From Methanobacteriota archaeon (lineage in GTDB: Archaea; Thermoplasmatota; Poseidoniia; Poseidoniales; Thalassarchaeaceae), in the NCBI GenBank assembly GCA_016845345.1, contig JAERSV010000029.1:24917-88916 (forward strand): DNA of 64,000 nucleotides, read 5' to 3'. Below the pieces are notes generated by a model. That model was not told where the DNA came from. It did not search any database and was given only the letters and a program-made list of their open reading frames with translations. A program made the position numbers and the translations under genes. This document shows positions 47,076-57,769 of this stretch, piece after piece (position 1 is the stretch's first letter; each line of letters begins with the position of its first letter).

Positions 47076-50000
47076 GTTTTTCTAGAACTTTACCGCGAAG
47101 CGGCATATTATGTTCCCAAGCAAATTCTTTCATTACTCTCAAAGCCTGTTTTTCCAATTTCGGGTCTGCAACGATGTCCTTGACATCGATGATATTCTCT
47201 CTTGTATTTGCCTTGAATGCAGCTATCGGCTCTTCATTATGGAATACTAAGTAAGCAGAACCAAATCCAAATCGTTCTCGCAATAATGAAGCAAAATATG
47301 GTGCTAGAGGATCAGAGGGGGGTAAAACGAAATCCCTCATCATGGGCACCCCTGTTGAACTCTCGAGCATCTCCTTCCTCCCCCAACATACCTGATTCAA
47401 ATCTTCTAATAAGAAACCCTTGATGAGTTCACCTTCATCAACAAGGTATTGGAGAACTGTCATAATTTCTTCTGGTTTGTATGGCTTCCCAGCCATTTTT
47501 TCGCACTGTTTCATCGTAATAACTGGAATATCTTTTACCAATTCAATAAGGTAATCTTGCTTAAATTGCCAGTGGTCTGTGATAATAGTTGGATGTACTG
47601 TACGGAAACCCCCCCTATAGTCTTGAACTAAGTGACCTGAGCGTATTAGTGGTTGAGCGAGTTTACGGAATTCTGAACGGCGTAAGGCATGCCTATCCAT
47701 GAATAATTGAGGGTCAGAATTATCAGTGAAGAATTCTAAAACATCCAATAATTCTTCATCAGGTGGTAAATTACGGATTGTTAGTAATTTTTGGAAATGG
47801 GCATATGGAGCATACACTCTATGTCCAGTCAGATTGGTACCCTGATGCAATTGGTTAGCACTTGCCATCGAAGATAAGTTGACTCGGTAGGCTTCACTTC
47901 GGCCACGCAGGGCAAAGTCATCTCTTATTTCCATCAAATCTTTTACCGCAATAGTTTCATTTTCACTTCTAGTGTCCTGATGCATATTATGGTTGTATAA
48001 CAAAACCCTAACCGATTCTTTGACAGGTCTCGGGTCCATGACCCCGCCCCGAATCATTCTTGTTCCATCTCCAATCGCTTCGAAACCAATTCTCGTGAAT
48101 GCATCTATAGTTTCTTTCCGAGCCTCGGAAATATTTTCACCATTGAAATTAGTTAGCACTGAAATTTCAACAAGTGTGTCGCGGTAATTTTCTAGTAAGC
48201 GCTCAAATTGTTCAACAAATTCATCCAAGTATGCATGTGGAATGTGAATATCCTTTATTTCAAGGTAATCATTTACCTTGTACATCAATATTCTTCCAAC
48301 AGGATCTACTCCTTTGAATACGGGATAATACCAACCTTGTTTTAGGACATATCTTACTTCTTGGATAAACCTTGAACAGAATGGATCTGATTGAGTTAAT
48401 ATTCGCATTTGCCTATCTTCACGTATTCGTTTTTTGACTTTGGCGACATCAGAGGGGATACAATAGAAATCGGTTAACCCAGGTTGAAGCGCTGAAACTT
48501 TAGTGATTCTACCTTGCTCCATTAGTAACTTCAAGGTATCTTCAAGTTCATCTCCTGCTCTACTGATATACCAACCCAAGGTATATCGTTTGACAGGTCC
48601 TATTCTGTTAATTAATTCAACCAATGCATCATCAAATGGTAATGGGTGGTACACCTCATGTACTCTGTGGAATAAAGAGAGACTCCTTTTTCTCTCCGGT
48701 AGTTCTTCATATTGTTTAACATAGAGTAATTGACGTTCCATATTGTTTAGAGCATACTTTGCTCGATTCATCAAGTGTTTTGACTCGTCATCACGAGGAA
48801 TATCAACTAAAATTTGTTGCCTAGTTACGTTCTCACCAGCCGGAACTTTGGTCATCAATTTCGCTTCCATGTCACCAATCCATGGTTCGGGCCTCAAACC
48901 CAGTAAGAGACCCATCTGGTCTTTCTTGGTATATCCAATGCGATTATGCAACAAACGACCCATCAGGACATCTGAATCATGCTTCATGTCTTTCCAATCA
49001 GCGAAACGGAAATCCTTCACTCTGTCCAACAATTCATGCATCTTTTGAATCATTACATGCGATGAGAGAGCCCCCAGTGGGTCATCATGTAATTTGAAGG
49101 ATTTTGTTAACAATAAATTTTGTAGGTTACGATAAGCAATTACTTCTTCCTCACCACCTGTAAGATAATGTTCATCGACACGTAGGATAAATTCCCCTTC
49201 TTCTGTTTGTCTATAGAAACCGATAGTGACAATATTGCGTACTTCTAATTCGTGAAGTATATTCTCAATCATTTCCTTAGGGAATGGTAATCGTTCCACA
49301 AGTACGTCTAATGTCTGTGGGCCTTCACTTCCCAATAAGTCAACTAATTTCACTCGAAGACATTCGTGAGGGTCGGATAAAGGAGTAGACTCCCACTCAA
49401 TTGCTTCTGTGTCTTTGTATTTTGTGCTAGTATCATAGGTCATACCCCCCAGATAAAATTGACGTAGGTCATCAAATTGTTCGGCATTATGAGATGACAA
49501 CACTCCTAATGTACCATGAATATCGCCCATTCTTTTTGAGAACCATTTATTGTCAATTATATCGTGTCCAGTATTAGAAACCCTAACGATTTCTTCTTTT
49601 TCAATAAGTTGACGAATCCAAGATCGGATTTCTTCTGTATCAATTCCATCTAATTTATCTCGGTATAGTGGATTTCCATGGTTCTTATCTAATCCACCTC
49701 CCATTTCCATTAGGTCTAGAAGTCCCTCTGCATCTTTAGGAATTGAAACTTTGTCATTGTAGTAAGTATTGACTTGTTCTTCATCTAATTGTGTTGCAAG
49801 GGCTCTTTGCCCAAGTAAACGCCTAAGAATTTCTGGGTCGATATCTTTGATCAGATATGCTCTCGTTCTCATAGAAAGTAAATCTTCAAACGCTGACATG
49901 TAGAGGTTCATTCCAATCGGGGAAGGAACCTTTACTCTAGTGTGTAAAATCCTAGAACTGCCTTGAACTACATCACTAACGAATTGGTTTAATCCTTTCA

Positions 50001-52356
50001 TATCAAGGTCAGCGTGGAATATTTCATTGAATACCTCTTTCATTAACAGTGAGCCTTCTGATGCCCTGTGATTCTTCAGTAAAGCATCGGCTTTTTGTTG
50101 GAATTGTTGTGGTGAAACCTCTTCAGCACCAATGCGTCGAGGTATAATCAAACTTCGTCCAGCGACTTCGCGAAATCGCTTTGCAAACAATTGAGTGTCC
50201 AGCAAATATCTTTCAATCACCTTACGATGGTCATTTGCTTCAAAAACTGCCGGGAAGGCAGCGGGGTCAATATCGTCAGACATTTTAATTAGAAATCCAT
50301 TTTCATCGAATGAAATCTCGTGTACTTGGATTTCATGTGCAGAAGCAACACCAGCAAAGAAATATCCAAGAGTCATATTGAATGCTCGGCCTCTACATGT
50401 CGTTACCATGTAAGTTGTAACTCCGCCAACAATCTGTTCCATCATTATTCGATTTGGACCAGGAACTTCGAATGACTCTGCCACATGTTGCTCCATGAAA
50501 CGAGCTACCGACTCTGATATTTGCCTAGAAAGACCAAAACCTTCCATCAAAAGGCGGCGTGGATCTCTCTGTCTCCTAAGTGCTAACATAGTAGCCTTTT
50601 GTAGTTTCAAAACCGCCAAAGAAAGTTCAGGACTTCTTGAAAGGGCTTCTCCAGACCAAGATGGCACAGTAGGACGGAAACCTGTAACGGGTGTCACATT
50701 CACCCTGGAACCTTGAATTGATTGAATTCTGTATGTTGTACCTCCAAGAAGAATCACATCACCAGGCCTAACACTGGAAACGAATGAAGACGATAACTGA
50801 CCAATCATTGAACCATCTGTGTTCAGAACTAAATAGTTATTATCGGGTGAAATTGTACCGAGATTTGTGTAATAAATCATCTGTGAATAACCTCGCTTAC
50901 CGATGGTATTTTCCTCCCAGTCAACCCACAATCTCTTTTCATCCTCTAACATGTCAATTACTTCGATATAATCGTCATAAGGAAGAGCGCGATATGGCCA
51001 GGCAGTGGTAACTAATTCAAAGACTTCGTCAATATCTTGCTCCCCGACAATCGTTAGTCCAACCATGAATTGTGCGAGCACATCCAATGCGTTTTCGGGG
51101 AATCTTAACAAATCCATTTCACCACTCATAATTGCTCCTTGTAGAGCAACTAACTCAACTAGGTCGTGTGGACCAGTAGGTAAGAAGCGGGCACGAGGAA
51201 TCCCTCCAACGTGGTGACTAGCCCTACCAATTCTTTGTAACGCGGTTGCAATGCTTCCCGGAGAACCAAGTTGGATTACACAATCCACAGTTCCAATATC
51301 AATACCCAATTCTAATGACGAAGAAGAAACACAACATCGTAATTCGCCCATTTTCAATCGTTGTTCAACGTCCTTGCGAATTTGTTTGTTCATAGAACCG
51401 TGATGCGCTTCTATGCCCTCTTCATCCCAGCCAGCAAGACGGCGAAGTTTCTGGACAATTTCTTCAGTCATTTTCCTTGTATTTACAAAGACGATAGTAG
51501 TCGTATGGGCTTCTACGAGGTCTAAAATTCGGTCAACATTAGCATCTAGGATTTGTTTGTGGTCAAAAGTTGGGTCTCCAAATCTTACATGAGGGAGAAT
51601 GATATCTAAATCTAGTTCTCTTGCACCACTAATTTTGGCAATCTTGACTTTATCTGTATCATCCCCAACTGGAACTAGAAACTTTGCAACTTCATCTAAT
51701 GGTTCCATGGTGGCAGATATCCCAATTCTTTGTACACGTGTTGTAATTACAGAATCTAAGAGTGCCATCGTCAATGATAACAAAGTTCCCCTTTTTGAGG
51801 GAACTAAACTGTGCAACTCATCTAAAATAATCCAACTCAAATCCGCCATCAATGGACGAAATTTGGAGGAAGCCAAAGCAAGACCTAGGCTTTCAGGAGT
51901 TGTAATTAGTATGTGAGGAGGATTTCGTAACATTTTTTGACGTTCTGATTGACTTGTATCACCAGTTCTTAATCCTACTTTGATGTCTTTTGCCCGACCT
52001 GGTAAAAATCTTGATTTAATTTCAGTTAAGGGTTCAATTAAGTTCTTCTGAATGTCATTAGCTAAGGCTTTAATCGGAGAAATATATACACAATATACTT
52101 TCTTTTCAAGTTCCCCATCTAGTGATTTTCGAATTAATTTATCAATAATCCCTAGAAAAGCTGTAAGTGTTTTCCCGCTTCCTGTTGGACTGCATAGTAA
52201 CAAATTGTCTCCCGCTGTAATTGAAGGAATTGCCATTTTCTGTGGGTCTGTGAAATCTGGAAATTTGTCTTTAAACCAATCCCTAACTGGTTGTGATAAC
52301 TGACTAAATATAACCTCAGATTCTTCGTACGAATCTAAGTATACTATCTCAGCCAT
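47062..52356 (-). CDS. lhr: Lhr-family SF2 helicase with long C-terminal extension
   Basis: SPTGSGKT, ITTPESL, DELH, ISAT, HHGS, SLELGID, QRIGRASH, FREVAGRSLII. Confidence 0.9.
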   Translation of the reverse strand: MAEIVYLDSYEESEVIFSQLSQPVRDWFKDKFPDFTDPQKMAIPSITAGDNLLLCSPTGSGKTLTAFLGIIDKLIRKSLDGELEKKVYCVYISPIKALANDIQKNLIEPLTEIKSRFLPGRAKDIKVGLRTGDTSQSERQKMLRNPPHILITTPESLGLALASSKFRPLMADLSWIILDELHSLVPSKRGTLLSLTMALLDSVITTRVQRIGISATMEPLDEVAKFLVPVGDDTDKVKIAKISGARELDLDIILPHVRFGDPTFDHKQILDANVDRILDLVEAHTTTIVFVNTRKMTEEIVQKLRRLAGWDEEGIEAHHGSMNKQIRKDVEQRLKMGELRCCVSSSSLELGIDIGTVDCVIQLGSPGSIATALQRIGRASHHVGGIPRARFLPTGPHDLVELVALQGAIMSGEMDLLRFPENALDVLAQFMVGLTIVGEQDIDEVFELVTTAWPYRALPYDDYIEVIDMLEDEKRLWVDWEENTIGKRGYSQMIYYTNLGTISPDNNYLVLNTDGSMIGQLSSSFVSSVRPGDVILLGGTTYRIQSIQGSRVNVTPVTGFRPTVPSWSGEALSRSPELSLAVLKLQKATMLALRRQRDPRRLLMEGFGLSRQISESVARFMEQHVAESFEVPGPNRIMMEQIVGGVTTYMVTTCRGRAFNMTLGYFFAGVASAHEIQVHEISFDENGFLIKMSDDIDPAAFPAVFEANDHRKVIERYLLDTQLFAKRFREVAGRSLIIPRRIGAEEVSPQQFQQKADALLKNHRASEGSLLMKEVFNEIFHADLDMKGLNQFVSDVVQGSSRILHTRVKVPSPIGMNLYMSAFEDLLSMRTRAYLIKDIDPEILRRLLGQRALATQLDEEQVNTYYNDKVSIPKDAEGLLDLMEMGGGLDKNHGNPLYRDKLDGIDTEEIRSWIRQLIEKEEIVRVSNTGHDIIDNKWFSKRMGDIHGTLGVLSSHNAEQFDDLRQFYLGGMTYDTSTKYKDTEAIEWESTPLSDPHECLRVKLVDLLGSEGPQTLDVLVERLPFPKEMIENILHELEVRNIVTIGFYRQTEEGEFILRVDEHYLTGGEEEVIAYRNLQNLLLTKSFKLHDDPLGALSSHVMIQKMHELLDRVKDFRFADWKDMKHDSDVLMGRLLHNRIGYTKKDQMGLLLGLRPEPWIGDMEAKLMTKVPAGENVTRQQILVDIPRDDESKHLMNRAKYALNNMERQLLYVKQYEELPERKRSLSLFHRVHEVYHPLPFDDALVELINRIGPVKRYTLGWYISRAGDELEDTLKLLMEQGRITKVSALQPGLTDFYCIPSDVAKVKKRIREDRQMRILTQSDPFCSRFIQEVRYVLKQGWYYPVFKGVDPVGRILMYKVNDYLEIKDIHIPHAYLDEFVEQFERLLENYRDTLVEISVLTNFNGENISEARKETIDAFTRIGFEAIGDGTRMIRGGVMDPRPVKESVRVLLYNHNMHQDTRSENETIAVKDLMEIRDDFALRGRSEAYRVNLSSMASANQLHQGTNLTGHRVYAPYAHFQKLLTIRNLPPDEELLDVLEFFTDNSDPQLFMDRHALRRSEFRKLAQPLIRSGHLVQDYRGGFRTVHPTIITDHWQFKQDYLIELVKDIPVITMKQCEKMAGKPYKPEEIMTVLQYLVDEGELIKGFLLEDLNQVCWGRKEMLESSTGVPMMRDFVLPPSDPLAPYFASLLRERFGFGSAYLVFHNEEPIAAFKANTRENIIDVKDIVADPKLEKQALRVMKEFAWEHNMPLRGKVLEKLKKR

Positions 52357-52460
52357 ATATTCCCCTTCCTATTCTTATGGTGAGAGCGCAACGAACCATT
52401 ATATCAACGATTCGGATTTACAAGAGAATATAGAGAAATTATACCCACAGATAACCAAGT

Positions 52461-52772
52461 TCAAGCCCATTTTGAACCATTCTTCCCCCAACGGTTGAAC
52501 AATTCTACCTTAGGGGAAGGGATTTCTTGAACGATTAAAGGAGAAGATTCCGCAATAATCGGTACGTGAACTTCACGCAGAGCATTTGTTGGACAAGAGC
52601 CTATGCAACTTAGACACCCTACGCAATTCTCATTGAGAACTATAACTGGTCTCTTTCGACGCTCGGGAGGGCATTCAGCAAGAGGCATTAGTGCTTCAAA
52701 GGGGCAGTGAGTAATGCATAAGTCACATCCGGTGCAATCTTCATCGGCAATTTCAACCATTGCCTGCCCCAT
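52461..52772 (-). CDS. 2x[4Fe-4S] ferredoxin
   Basis: CTGCDLCITHCP and CVGCLSCIGSCP. Confidence 0.85.
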   Translation of the reverse strand: MGQAMVEIADEDCTGCDLCITHCPFEALMPLAECPPERRKRPVIVLNENCVGCLSCIGSCPTNALREVHVPIIAESSPLIVQEIPSPKVELFNRWGKNGSKWA

Positions 52773-52861
52773 GTAAGAACGTAAAGAGTTAGCATTTTTG
52801 AGACTATTCATAGCGAAGCATTGAGAACCCTTCTCTATCCGACCAACCCTTAGGTGAAGGC

Positions 52862-54586
52862 GTGACAAGTGACAGCGAGCGAGTCAACTCCTTGATGTCG
52901 ATGTTGAAAAGAAGGGGAATTATCTTCCCGGCTTTTTCAATCCATGGTGGAATCGCGGGTTTGTTTGACTATGGACCGGTTGGTGGCAGGTTATTGAGAA
53001 AAGTACAGCAACAGTGGCGGGAACATTGGTTGTCAAAAGGAAATATCGTTGAAATTGATAGCCCCACAATAACACCAGAAACGGTATTACAAGCAAGTGG
53101 GCATGTTTCTGCCTTTAACGACCACGCATCAGAATGTAATTCTTGCAGTGCGATTTTCCGTAGCGACCATTTAGTTGAAGAGTATCAGCAAAATCCTGAT
53201 TCTCTTTCTGGCACACAATTAGATACAATCTTAGCAGAAAATGGAATTTCCTGCCCTTCTTGCAACAAATCAGATTGGGCAGAATCACGCCCAATGAATC
53301 TAATGTTCGGCACAAAAATAGGGGCGACAAGAGGGGGAAGGCAGGCGTATATGCGGCCTGAAACTGCTCAAGGAATGTTCCTAACCTTCCCCATGATCCA
53401 ACGCCACTTCAGGAATCGTCTCCCCTACGGGGCTATCCAAATTGGCAAAGGATACAGGAATGAAATAAGTCCGCGACAAGGAATGATTCGTCAAAGAGAA
53501 TTCAACATGGCGGAGCTGGAATACTTCATCGACCCAAATGCAGACGCGTCTCATGACTTTTCAAAATGGAATGAAATTGATTTTCAATTGATTCCAGACC
53601 CTATAGATGGTGAGCAAAAACCAATCAACATAGATATTGGCACCGCACTTACAAAAAATATTGTTCGCCATCCAACTGTTGCAATGTTCATGGCTGAAAC
53701 ATTTGATTTCCTAATTAAAATCGGAGCCGACCCTTCAAGAATCAGGTTTAGGCAACATGAATCTGATGAAATGGCCCATTATGCATCTGATTGTTGGGAC
53801 TTAGAAATGCACGGCTCTTATGGTTGGATTGAATGTGTTGGAATCGCTCACCGTGGTTGCTACGATTTGGGAGCACATGAAGAAGCAACTGGCACCAAAG
53901 AATTGAGAGCATGGCGTGATTTCGATGAACCAATCGAAGTTGACAAGGAAGTTGTGTCAGCAATAGGTTCAGTTGTAGGCCCTGCTTTTAGGCAACAAGC
54001 GGGTCAAGTGTCACAGGCTCTGTCAGAGTTGGAAACAATACCCACAGCTTTCCCCTTTGACCTTGACTTAAATGATGGAAATGTTGTCTCTATTGATGAT
54101 TCTATGGTTGAGGTAGTCAGGATTCAAGAAACCATACGTGGAGAGTGGTACTTACCCCATGTGGTTGAACCTGCGTTTGGCCTTGACCGAATTATATGGC
54201 ACCTGCTTGACCATGGTTATGAGATGACTAGTAAAGAGGGCGAAGAATATCTTATCCTGCACCTTTCAGAATCTGTCGCGCCTTACGAAGTTGTTGTGCT
54301 ACCGCTTTTCGAGAAAGATGGAATGGGAAAAATTGCCAAAGAATTGCAATGCAAACTTCTTGCAATAAATGGAATCGGCGTATATTATGACGGCACGAGG
54401 TCAATTGGTAGAAGGTATGCAAGAGCAGATGAAATTGGAGTTCCGTGGGCTATCACTGTTGACTATGAATCAATGGCAGATGGGACTGTTACAGTTCGTA
54501 GACGAGATGACCAATCTCAAATTCGAATATCTACAGATGATTTGATTCATCATTTACAAAGTGGATCGCTTGCATCGGTTTTCTGA
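52862..54586 (+). CDS. glyS: Glycine--tRNA ligase (alpha2 type)
   Basis: DYGPVG, ASGH, MRPETAQG, RNEISPRQG..RQREF, EPAFGLDR, SIGRRYARADEIG. Confidence 0.95.
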   Translation: MTSDSERVNSLMSMLKRRGIIFPAFSIHGGIAGLFDYGPVGGRLLRKVQQQWREHWLSKGNIVEIDSPTITPETVLQASGHVSAFNDHASECNSCSAIFRSDHLVEEYQQNPDSLSGTQLDTILAENGISCPSCNKSDWAESRPMNLMFGTKIGATRGGRQAYMRPETAQGMFLTFPMIQRHFRNRLPYGAIQIGKGYRNEISPRQGMIRQREFNMAELEYFIDPNADASHDFSKWNEIDFQLIPDPIDGEQKPINIDIGTALTKNIVRHPTVAMFMAETFDFLIKIGADPSRIRFRQHESDEMAHYASDCWDLEMHGSYGWIECVGIAHRGCYDLGAHEEATGTKELRAWRDFDEPIEVDKEVVSAIGSVVGPAFRQQAGQVSQALSELETIPTAFPFDLDLNDGNVVSIDDSMVEVVRIQETIRGEWYLPHVVEPAFGLDRIIWHLLDHGYEMTSKEGEEYLILHLSESVAPYEVVVLPLFEKDGMGKIAKELQCKLLAINGIGVYYDGTRSIGRRYARADEIGVPWAITVDYESMADGTVTVRRRDDQSQIRISTDDLIHHLQSGSLASVF

Positions 54587-54669
54587 ATCTTATTCCCCCC
54601 ACCTATTCATCATTTCAACGGTCATAGATTGATGAACATTCAAAACCCCTCGCCTCCGTGAGGGTGTTG

Positions 54670-56202
54670 ATGGCCGAAGCGCAGACTATTCCGTCCGACT
54701 GGACTGAACGCTATCGACCTCAGACAGCATCTCAATTAGAAGGTAATGAAGCAGCCAGAAAGAGGATAACAATGTGGCTAGAGTCATGGAAAAACGGCAC
54801 ACCTGACAAAAAAGGACTCTTACTTGTTGGACCACCCGGAATAGGCAAAACTAGCATCGTTAGGGCTGTCGCAGAAGACTTCGGCTGGGTCGTCATCGAA
54901 CTAAATGCAAGTGATGCAAGAAACGCCGCTGCAATCCGAAAAGCCGCTGGTGGCGGAGCTTCAAATTTCACATTTGGATTGGATGGTTCTTTTGATTTGG
55001 GTGGCTCAAGAAAAACACTCATTCTCCTAGATGAGGTGGACCATTTGCATGGTGGTTTGCGACAGGCCAGTGAGAGCAGAATTGAAGGTTCATTAGCTGA
55101 AAAAAGAGGTGAAGAAAGTACTATTTCTTCTTTGAAGGGAGATTCGGGTGGTAAAGCCGAGTTACTAAAAATGCTAAAAAACACCTCACAACCAGTAATT
55201 ATGACCTGTAATGAACCGATGGGATTGTGGGGTAGGCGTAATTCAAATTGGGCTTCAGCAAGAGACCGATTCCTACGACAAGCAGAATTAATCAAATTCA
55301 GAAGAGCAAGTTCTGGTGCTATGCATAAAATAGCAAAAAGGATTCTAAAATCAGAAAATGTTTCCTCTGACCCGGGCGCACTGAGTAGACTAGTCAATGC
55401 AAACCCCGGTGATATTCGAGCATTAGTTAGAGATTTACAAATGATTTGTGAAGATGGTTTTAATCACATTGACTTAGATGCAGTTGAAACTCAACTTAGT
55501 CGAGGTTTACGAGACCAGCAACTTGACTTGTTCCCTGGTTTGGAAGAACTCTACAAAAGTACAACTGCAAAAGATGCTGCTGAAATGATGAGAGACATAG
55601 AAATTACCCCAAGAGAATTGGTCGCCTGGGTTTCATGGAATAATGCCTCGGTTTTCAAAGGTCGGGATGACCTTAGCAGAGCAACTCAAACTTGCTCAAT
55701 AGCAGATCAATCATTGCATACAATGTACAGTAATAATGCATATCGAAGTTGGTATTGGTCTGGCCAATTATCAGCATTATCTGCGAGTGTTTCGTCAGTG
55801 AATGACTCCACCACAAGGTTTTCACTATCATTCCCACCATTTTTGAGGCGTGGAATGGAACCTTGGCGCCGAAAAGCCTTGATTGGGAAATTAACTGCTC
55901 TTTCTGGTTGTAGTATTCAAGCGGCACGAGAAGAATTGTGGCCACCATTAGCAGCAATTCATGAATCTGGTGAGGCAACTAATGTCGAAGATTTCACAAT
56001 TAGCAAAGAACTCAATTTAGATGGTGATGAACATGCATTACTGCATGGCCTTCGAAGTAATCTCAAATCAACTAAAGAGATTGTAGAAAGATACAATGAA
56101 AGTAGCAGAGCCAATCATGATAATGAAGAAATTGAACAAATGATAGAGACAGATGAAGATACAGCCCCGACAATAGATAAAGGGCAAAAAACGCTTTTTT
56201 GA
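54670..56202 (+). CDS. rfcL: Replication factor C large subunit
   Basis: WTERYRP, GPPGIGKT, ELNASD, LLDEVD, GDIR; C-terminal PIP box QKTLF. Confidence 0.9.
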   Translation: MAEAQTIPSDWTERYRPQTASQLEGNEAARKRITMWLESWKNGTPDKKGLLLVGPPGIGKTSIVRAVAEDFGWVVIELNASDARNAAAIRKAAGGGASNFTFGLDGSFDLGGSRKTLILLDEVDHLHGGLRQASESRIEGSLAEKRGEESTISSLKGDSGGKAELLKMLKNTSQPVIMTCNEPMGLWGRRNSNWASARDRFLRQAELIKFRRASSGAMHKIAKRILKSENVSSDPGALSRLVNANPGDIRALVRDLQMICEDGFNHIDLDAVETQLSRGLRDQQLDLFPGLEELYKSTTAKDAAEMMRDIEITPRELVAWVSWNNASVFKGRDDLSRATQTCSIADQSLHTMYSNNAYRSWYWSGQLSALSASVSSVNDSTTRFSLSFPPFLRRGMEPWRRKALIGKLTALSGCSIQAAREELWPPLAAIHESGEATNVEDFTISKELNLDGDEHALLHGLRSNLKSTKEIVERYNESSRANHDNEEIEQMIETDEDTAPTIDKGQKTLF

Positions 56203-57765
56203 TTATTCTTTCCAGACTCTAATGGAAAGTAAGACAATAACTGTCAGTAATTCTAAACGACCTAACCACATCAAAGTAGCTGTAATGAGTAGGCTAGTCC
56301 AATGTAAACTAGCCCATGTTTGCGTCGGCCCGAAACTCCCTAAGGCTGGGCCGGTGTTACCTAAGGAGGCAATTGCTACTGAAATCACTGTTTCTAAATC
56401 CAGAGATGATTCAATTATTGCTAGTACGATGATACTCGCCATTGAAAGAACAGCCCACCACGAAAGCATCCCAACTATTGTCCAAAGTTTTTCATCCTCA
56501 ACAACTTCTCCGTTAAGGCGCACTAGGTGTATTTTCTTAGGTGATGCAATTCGAGAAATTTCGCGTTTTGCCAACAGATATGCAATTCTCAGTCGTAAAA
56601 TTTTGAGCCCTCCACTTGTTGACCCTGCTGAAGCACCAACTATCATCAAGAACAATAAAATAATTAACGATAAAGTTGGCCAAATTGCATAGTTTGAACT
56701 GGCATAACCTGTTGAAGTACCAATTGATACTACATTGAAAATTGCATGGCGAAATGAACTACCGAATTCCCAGTCTGCGAAGAAGTAAAGGCTTGCTGTC
56801 ACGGTTAGTGTAGCAAGTGTTAACACCGCTAAATATACTTGCATCTCTTGGTCCTTAATTGCAGCCCTCCAGTCGCCTCTATAGACAAAATGAAAGAGAC
56901 TGAAATTAATCCCAGCAAGTATCATAAATACAATAATAATGCTTTCAACAGTAGCGCTGTTGAAAGACATAATTCCGGCATCATAGGTGCTAAATCCACC
57001 CGATGAGAGAGTTGACAACCCGTGATTAACAGCGTCAAATAATCCCATACCAGCCAAATAATAAAGTAGACAAATTTCTACAATTGTAAAGAATGCATAG
57101 ATGCCCCAAAGAATCTTCGCTGTCTGTTGAATCCTTGGCTTTAATCGTGACAAGGAAGGGCCTGTGAGTTCTGCTCTCGCCATTGTCATCCCGCCACCTA
57201 AATAGCGGGCTAATAGTAACATACCAAGCATAATTATCCCCATGCCGCCGAGCCATTGACTAAGACTTCGCCACAATAAATGGATCTGACCTTGGGCATT
57301 GATGCAATCAGGAACACTAGGCTGACAAACAGGGCTAGTTCGAGGGTCAATAACCGTCGCACCTGTTGTCGTAAAGCCAGACATTGACTCAAAAAAAGCA
57401 CGCACATAGCCACCAAGAACTTCAGGCAAGGTTGACTGCCCACTAATCAGTTCAAAGGGCCCATGGAACATCCCTCCAAACCAATATGGAAGAGCACCGA
57501 TTATCACAATAACTGGCCAACCTAATGCTACCGCAGCAAATGCTTCTCTGTCTCTCAATCTCTCAGAACTCGCACCTCTCTTTTCACCCCATATCTTGAG
57601 CCAATATCCTAAACCAATGGAAATCGTAAAAGGAAGTAAAAACGAGCGCATTGTTAACTCAACCTCATCGAGCAAAAATGAACCAACTAAAATCATTAGC
57701 GCCAAAGGACCTGCTAGCAACATGAGCGTCAAACCTACCACGTAGGCGAGAACATCATTTCTCAT
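56203..57765 (-). CDS. trkH: Trk potassium uptake membrane protein
   Basis: FESMSGFTTTG, QWLGGMG, STLSSGGF, STGY, GSTSGGLK, LGNTGP, GRLE. Confidence 0.93.
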   Translation of the reverse strand: MRNDVLAYVVGLTLMLLAGPLALMILVGSFLLDEVELTMRSFLLPFTISIGLGYWLKIWGEKRGASSERLRDREAFAAVALGWPVIVIIGALPYWFGGMFHGPFELISGQSTLPEVLGGYVRAFFESMSGFTTTGATVIDPRTSPVCQPSVPDCINAQGQIHLLWRSLSQWLGGMGIIMLGMLLLARYLGGGMTMARAELTGPSLSRLKPRIQQTAKILWGIYAFFTIVEICLLYYLAGMGLFDAVNHGLSTLSSGGFSTYDAGIMSFNSATVESIIIVFMILAGINFSLFHFVYRGDWRAAIKDQEMQVYLAVLTLATLTVTASLYFFADWEFGSSFRHAIFNVVSIGTSTGYASSNYAIWPTLSLIILLFLMIVGASAGSTSGGLKILRLRIAYLLAKREISRIASPKKIHLVRLNGEVVEDEKLWTIVGMLSWWAVLSMASIIVLAIIESSLDLETVISVAIASLGNTGPALGSFGPTQTWASLHWTSLLITATLMWLGRLELLTVIVLLSIRVWKE

Positions 57766-57769
57766 TTAT

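Noticed and set aside
52773..52868. N-terminal extension of the ferredoxin ORF
   Set aside because: It runs through the divergent promoter region into the glyS start; ATG 52772 or 52760 is more plausible.
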